A DNA stretch of 64,000 nucleotides. Source: Candidatus Omnitrophota bacterium (GTDB lineage: Bacteria > Omnitrophota > Gorgyraeia > Zapsychrales > JANLHA01). Position 1 is the stretch's first letter; each line of letters opens with the position of its first letter. Below are positions 59,501-64,000 of this stretch, piece by piece. Made by a program: the position numbers and the translations under genes. The stretch spans positions 51,434 through 115,433 of the forward strand of contig JAKQKX010000020.1 of assembly GCA_029560465.1 (NCBI GenBank), written 5' to 3'. The notes beneath the pieces were generated by a model. That model was not told the origin of the DNA. It did not search any database and saw only the letters and a list, made by a program, of their open reading frames with translations.

Positions 59501-61180
59501 TTAAAATGGCTTGTAAGGATTCCCAAGAAAAGCGCATTCCCTCCCGACCGAATAAACCCGGTACCCTTCCTGATGGCTGAACACCGGTTCCCAATTCTTC
59601 AAAAGCGAGCTCTCGCGGACATCCGTCTCGGGCCAGGCGTCGTGCCCAGGCTCAACAATAATGAAATCAATCTTCTCTTGCTTCAACAAGCGGCAAGCTG
59701 CCGCAGAATCAGCCGCCGGGTGGAATACCGGCTCAATGGTCCGCAACCGCTCATAAGCCGGGAGCCCGGCCGACCATGGGAAATACACGTAACCGATATA
59801 AATTCTCCGCCCTAAAAGAGACGGCGGGCAATACATCCCTGTTGTGCATAAATACACCGCATCCGGGGGGGTCTGGTCTTTGAGCCAGACAGCCACCGGA
59901 GACCGGCGAAAATCCCTTAACTCGCCTTGATGATCGTTCAGGACCGGGAACAGGTCCACGATCCCCGAGAAGGTCAACACAAAAAGGAAAAGCAGCCCGG
60001 CCATCTTAAACCAACGGGACCCCGCCAGACACGAAGCCAAGAACCCCGCGACCGCGACTTGAACGGAGATCATGAAAAAATTGATCAGCTTATGATTATT
60101 AAACATGTCCGGAGAAAACCGCCAGATGTTGCTTGCGGCAAAAAAAACCACCGCGACTCCGACCCATATTTTCACCGGTTTCTTCCCCCAAAAGAAAACC
60201 GCCGGGATCATCACCGAATATAGCCCCAGGTTATAAAACCAATATCTCCCCCATTCCAAAAAATTTTTCGGCTGCTGGACAAAACCCGGGCAGTACACAA
60301 TTTCTAACGGCTGCCCGGCGCGGATATACCACAACGCCGGGACAGTGCACAGGAACATCAAAAAATAATAAAAGCCCAGGGGACGGACAAAGCCCGGCGA
60401 AACAATGAACCAAATGACGACATACGTCAAAACTATCGGGATAATCGCATGGTGCAACAAAGGGGCCAAAGCCGCCATCAGGACAATGGCTGTCATGGAC
60501 CGACGGGAAAGAAGCGTCCCTTGACAGGCGTATTTTAAGAGCGGCCATAAGCAGGCTAAAATGAAAGCATAGCTGAGCGCCAAATGCCTTTGATTAGTGT
60601 AAATATTGAGCGTCCAGAAAATACTGACGAGCCCGTTCCAGGGACCAAAGCTGGTAAAATGCGTGGCGGTGACAATATCTTTCCAGGAGGCCCCATGAAA
60701 GGGGTGTTTTTGAAAAAAGAACAGAAACGATAAAGATCCGTTGAACCAAAACAGCACCACGGCGATGAACCCCGCTAGCCGATTGGCAAACATCATGCTC
60801 CCCAGGCGGTAGAGAAGCCACAAGAGGAGCGTCAACCCGGCGGCGCTCAACAAGTTCAAAGCAACCGCGATATTAACACCCGCCTTTTCCAGCAGCCCCA
60901 CCCAGGAATAAAAAAGGAAGTGGTACCGGATGGGCTGGCCGGCAAAAAGAGGATGCTCAAGCGCGTGATTTCCACCCATCGAAAAAGACCGGATCAGCGG
61001 GATGTGGGCCCCGAAATCGCTCCACAATTTATCCCGGATAAAAAAAGTGTTATCCCGGTATTCAAAGGTGTGCTGCATAAGCGACCAGCTAAGGGTCAAA
61101 AAAAGCAGGAACAGGGCTGCGTCTAAATATTTACCCCGGAAAAAAGGGCTCAAAGAAAATGTGGGCCATCGGCATTTCAT
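59501..61180 (-). CDS. Polytopic membrane protein, possible additional GT-C-type glycosyltransferase
   Basis: 559 aa with more than 10 TM segments, co-directional with the GT39 and GT2 genes. No catalytic motif recognised. Confidence 0.4.
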   Translation of the reverse strand: MKCRWPTFSLSPFFRGKYLDAALFLLFLTLSWSLMQHTFEYRDNTFFIRDKLWSDFGAHIPLIRSFSMGGNHALEHPLFAGQPIRYHFLFYSWVGLLEKAGVNIAVALNLLSAAGLTLLLWLLYRLGSMMFANRLAGFIAVVLFWFNGSLSFLFFFQKHPFHGASWKDIVTATHFTSFGPWNGLVSIFWTLNIYTNQRHLALSYAFILACLWPLLKYACQGTLLSRRSMTAIVLMAALAPLLHHAIIPIVLTYVVIWFIVSPGFVRPLGFYYFLMFLCTVPALWYIRAGQPLEIVYCPGFVQQPKNFLEWGRYWFYNLGLYSVMIPAVFFWGKKPVKIWVGVAVVFFAASNIWRFSPDMFNNHKLINFFMISVQVAVAGFLASCLAGSRWFKMAGLLFLFVLTFSGIVDLFPVLNDHQGELRDFRRSPVAVWLKDQTPPDAVYLCTTGMYCPPSLLGRRIYIGYVYFPWSAGLPAYERLRTIEPVFHPAADSAAACRLLKQEKIDFIIVEPGHDAWPETDVRESSLLKNWEPVFSHQEGYRVYSVGRECAFLGNPYKPF

Positions 61181-61235
61181 ATCAATATGACGGTCATTTT
61201 AAACCCGCCTCCTTCAAAACTTCAATGTGTCCCGC

Positions 61236-62534
61236 TCAATCGAAATAGCGCTGCATAAAAGCCGAAACGGAACTTAAAATCCCGTCCATATTCAGATAAT
61301 CCCAGTGCCCGTTGCGGCCCACAAGGTACAGGCCCTGGCGCTCCAACCGGCGGGTGATGATGTCCTTGACCGGGCCGGCGTCAACCGTGGGGATGGGATA
61401 AGTGTAAGGGACCCTCTTTATATCCGTCAACACGACGTCGCCCCGGTCCCGAAGGATCCCCAGCCGGATTAAATCCTCAACCACCCGTTCGCGCAAAGTC
61501 TCCGGGGGAAGGCCATCCCTCCCGTTTTTATCGGTGATTTCCGCGACTAGCGCCGGAGGAAAACAGGGGCTGAAATTGTGCATCATGGTGATCCGGAAAA
61601 AACTTTCCGACTCCTTGAAGAACGCCCAGTGACAGTCATTTAACAGAGAAAAAGCTGCCCCCTTTTTTAAACCGACCAGAATAAAATAAGTGTCATTCCA
61701 CTTCAGGGGCGGATAACTTCGTTCCAACCCGCTGACGCTGATCATTTTCAAAAGCTCGACCAAGGGGATCGTGGAAATCACGGTGTCAGCCTGTTCCGTT
61801 GCCCCGTCCCGGGTCGTGATCCGCCACCCCCGGGAATCCCGGACAATCTCCCTCACGTCTTTATTGAGAGCGATCCGCGATTCCATTCCCCGGGCCGTGT
61901 AATCCATCAGCGCCTGAATCCCGTTCTTGGGATAAATAAACCTCCACTGATACATCCGCCCGATCACCTCTTTTCCAAACGCGGCCATCAAAAAATTCTT
62001 CAATGACGCCGGATGGATCTTCGCATTCACCAGATCCATGGAGATCTGCCGAAGGTCACAGTTCCAGATCTTGCGGTTATACGGCGTCATAAAATGTTTG
62101 GCGATACCGAACCCCAGGCCATGATCAATCCAGTCCTGCAGATGCCGGAATTCCGGCTGATTCCGGGTTCTCGCCATCAGGTACCCGCAAACACATTCGA
62201 GCCAGTCCCTGAAAGGCAGGCCCTTGATCCCTTCTTCAAAGGGATAATTGATCAAATAGCGGCGAGACTTCCGGTCGGTGTGATAAATTGAAACCCGCCG
62301 TTGCGCCAGCACATAATCCAGAGGGAGGGAACGCAGGTAATCGGTCATACGCGGGTCACGGCTGTAAAGCGCATGGACCCCGAAATCCCATCGGTAATCG
62401 CCGCTCACGTTGGTTTTGGCCAGGCCGCCGATCTGCCCCTCTTTCTCAAGGATTTTAAACTCGCGGCCTCTCAAATTGAGCTGCCTTCCGCATTCCAAGC
62501 CGGATAACCCGGCGCCCAGGATGACTGTCTTCAT
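61236..62534 (-). CDS. FAD-dependent oxidoreductase (amine oxidase / UDP-galactopyranose mutase-like Rossmann FAD fold)
   Basis: N-terminal VILGAGLSGLECGRQL...ILEKEGQIGG is a GxGxxG dinucleotide-binding motif. Confidence 0.65.
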   Translation of the reverse strand: MKTVILGAGLSGLECGRQLNLRGREFKILEKEGQIGGLAKTNVSGDYRWDFGVHALYSRDPRMTDYLRSLPLDYVLAQRRVSIYHTDRKSRRYLINYPFEEGIKGLPFRDWLECVCGYLMARTRNQPEFRHLQDWIDHGLGFGIAKHFMTPYNRKIWNCDLRQISMDLVNAKIHPASLKNFLMAAFGKEVIGRMYQWRFIYPKNGIQALMDYTARGMESRIALNKDVREIVRDSRGWRITTRDGATEQADTVISTIPLVELLKMISVSGLERSYPPLKWNDTYFILVGLKKGAAFSLLNDCHWAFFKESESFFRITMMHNFSPCFPPALVAEITDKNGRDGLPPETLRERVVEDLIRLGILRDRGDVVLTDIKRVPYTYPIPTVDAGPVKDIITRRLERQGLYLVGRNGHWDYLNMDGILSSVSAFMQRYFD

Positions 62535-63253
62535 CTTGAAGTCCTGTTATGATATTCCTGTTTAAGTTTAAAGAGCCCGCAGAGAAGTCCTCCGACAATC
62601 CCCGGCAGACGCCCCGGGCGGAAAATGGCCGTGCCGCCGGCCGGACGGGGATAATGCCGGACAGGGATTTCCACGATTTTATAACCGGACAGGTACGCCC
62701 TTAAGATAAATTCCGACATTACGCAATACCTCATATGCTTCAATTGGGGGAGGACCTGCTCAATAACGCCCCGGCGGATAAGTTTAAACCCGGAATCAAT
62801 GTCTTTCATCCAGAGCCCGAACAGCAGGCCGATCAAACGGTTATACACGAACGACAGGACCCGCCGGTGAACAGGGTCTCTGCGGGGGCTCTTGCACCCG
62901 CTTATAATATCATACCCGGAACGTCCGTTCATCAACTTATGGATATCCTCCGGGGCGTGCTGGCCGTCAGAATCGCTGAACAGCACCCACGGAGTGCGCG
63001 CCAAGGATAAGGCGTCCTTAAAAGCCTGTGTATACCCCTTGCGCCGTGGGGAACTGACAAGCGTAAACGGGATCTCCTGCTGCAACCGGGCCAAAAGCTC
63101 TTTTGTCCCGTCGTCACTCCCATCTTCGGCGATCATCAAAGTCACCGGGGCCCCGCATCGCGCTGTAGCGGCATGAAAATCCCGGATAACTTTCTCGATC
63201 GTACGGGCTTCATTATAAACAGGCATGATTAAAGTCAACGGCTCATCAATCAT
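62531..63253 (-). CDS. Family 2 glycosyltransferase, polyprenol-phosphate sugar synthase-like (DPM1/ArnC/GtrB type)
   Basis: LTLIMPVYNEARTIEKV...MIAEDGSDDGT. At 240 aa it has the size of ArnC/GtrB-type enzymes. Confidence 0.8.
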   Translation of the reverse strand: MIDEPLTLIMPVYNEARTIEKVIRDFHAATARCGAPVTLMIAEDGSDDGTKELLARLQQEIPFTLVSSPRRKGYTQAFKDALSLARTPWVLFSDSDGQHAPEDIHKLMNGRSGYDIISGCKSPRRDPVHRRVLSFVYNRLIGLLFGLWMKDIDSGFKLIRRGVIEQVLPQLKHMRYCVMSEFILRAYLSGYKIVEIPVRHYPRPAGGTAIFRPGRLPGIVGGLLCGLFKLKQEYHNRTSR

Positions 63254-64000
63254 AATATGTCTTCCGGCGCTTCGGCCGGTGGTACAATTTCTTTATCCAA
63301 ACGCGGGGGAGAACTCGGCTCAAAATTTAAATACGCCGCGGCGAATCGCGCCAGCATGTCACCGATAAACGCGTTCCCTTCCGGTTTATAATGACAGTGG
63401 TCATACAACATGTCTTCCTGGTCCCGCGCATACTTGTCCCTTAGCCACGGAAGCAGGTCCAGATAAGGAAGCCGCCGTTTGCGCATTTCCGCGACAAAGC
63501 GCTGCTGAGGTTCATTCCTTAATATCTTCGACATGATTTGAGGCCTGACCGGGAAATACACGAAAATCAATTTAAAACCGGCATCCCGGCTCACCATCCT
63601 CATCATATCAACAAACGGCAATATCTTCTCCCAAGACCCGTCATCCCAAGCATATCCCCAATCTTGGAACGCATGGTGGATGTGCCAATTAAATGATTCT
63701 TCCGTATCCCACTCCCCGGTTTCCTTCATGCGATGCGTGCTGGCAAAGCGTTCTCTGGCCGCCTTCCACTCCTCTGGCGACTGGTTCTCCCACTGATGCT
63801 CCTTATACAAAGCCCGCAACCTATCCACCTTGGCCAGTACCCATCTGGCCAGATGGCTAAACGACAACCAGCCCGGCAACCGGACGATCTTGAGCAAGGG
63901 AGACGCATACGCGTCATTGAGGTAGAGACCCACCAGCACAATATCAGGCTTAACAGAGAGCCCGGTTTCCATCAGCACGGCAAACTCATTCTGCAAGTCA
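63250..64000 (-). CDS. SGNH/GDSL-hydrolase-like protein, N-terminally truncated by the window edge
   Basis: VLVGLYLNDAY resembles block III (GxND); DHCHYKPEGNAFIGD resembles block V (DxxH). The track start at 63996 is a TTG, and the frame is open to the window end. Confidence 0.45.
   Translation of the reverse strand, partial: DLQNEFAVLMETGLSVKPDIVLVGLYLNDAYASPLLKIVRLPGWLSFSHLARWVLAKVDRLRALYKEHQWENQSPEEWKAARERFASTHRMKETGEWDTEESFNWHIHHAFQDWGYAWDDGSWEKILPFVDMMRMVSRDAGFKLIFVYFPVRPQIMSKILRNEPQQRFVAEMRKRRLPYLDLLPWLRDKYARDQEDMLYDHCHYKPEGNAFIGDMLARFAAAYLNFEPSSPPRLDKEIVPPAEAPEDIL

Noticed and set aside
1-64000. CRISPR arrays, tRNA/rRNA genes, transposases, integrases, prophage genes
   Set aside because: No regularly spaced direct repeats, no cloverleaf-like conserved tRNA segments in the short intergenic gaps, and no recombinase or transposase motifs were found in any ORF.

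Overview
This is a 64 kb chromosomal window, about 55% GC, with most genes on the minus strand and the character of a diderm (Gram-negative-type) bacterium.

(1) Positions 1-22676 form one co-directional array of about 24 genes that looks like a surface-glycan or protein-glycosylation locus. It holds a complete pseudaminic acid pathway (pseB, pseC, pseH, pseG, pseI, pseF) interleaved with tailoring enzymes: a PIG-L deacetylase, a formyltransferase, a B12-binding radical SAM enzyme, three to four SAM methyltransferases and an FkbM methyltransferase. It also carries a second NeuB-like synthase, a second cytidylyltransferase, a DUF115/Maf-like protein, GT2 glycosyltransferases, GDP-fucose synthase, an epimerase, an internal winged-HTH regulator with an operator-overlapped sigma70-like promoter, and a terminal MsbA/PglK-like ABC exporter.

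(2) Positions 22937-38676 include metF, an EndoQ-like PHP nuclease translationally coupled to a compact UvrD-like helicase, CcdA, MlaFED plus an orphan receiver domain, and metH.

(3) Positions 39259-49156 are housekeeping genes: cinA-C/pncC, thpR, pgpA, pgsA, rimO, rodZ-like, ftsK, pnp and rpsO.

(4) Positions 49911-64000 are a second accessory block. It contains a membrane-fused spermidine-synthase-like protein and an unusual 449-aa Flp-pilin-like protein carrying tandem cysteine-rich CxxCxPCCGDGxC modules and a C-terminal Thr-Pro repeat tail, next to a canonical Flp pilin. Beyond these lies a cluster of GT-C-type membrane glycosyltransferases (DUF2298, GT39/PMT-ArnT-like and one unclassified) with a GT2 polyprenol-phosphate-sugar synthase, an NAD epimerase, an FAD oxidoreductase and an SGNH hydrolase. 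That cluster resembles a lipid-carrier-dependent protein O-glycosylation system.

No rRNA, tRNA, CRISPR array or transposase/integrase was recognised. All calls rest on reading the ORF translations for motifs; none could be checked by a database search.
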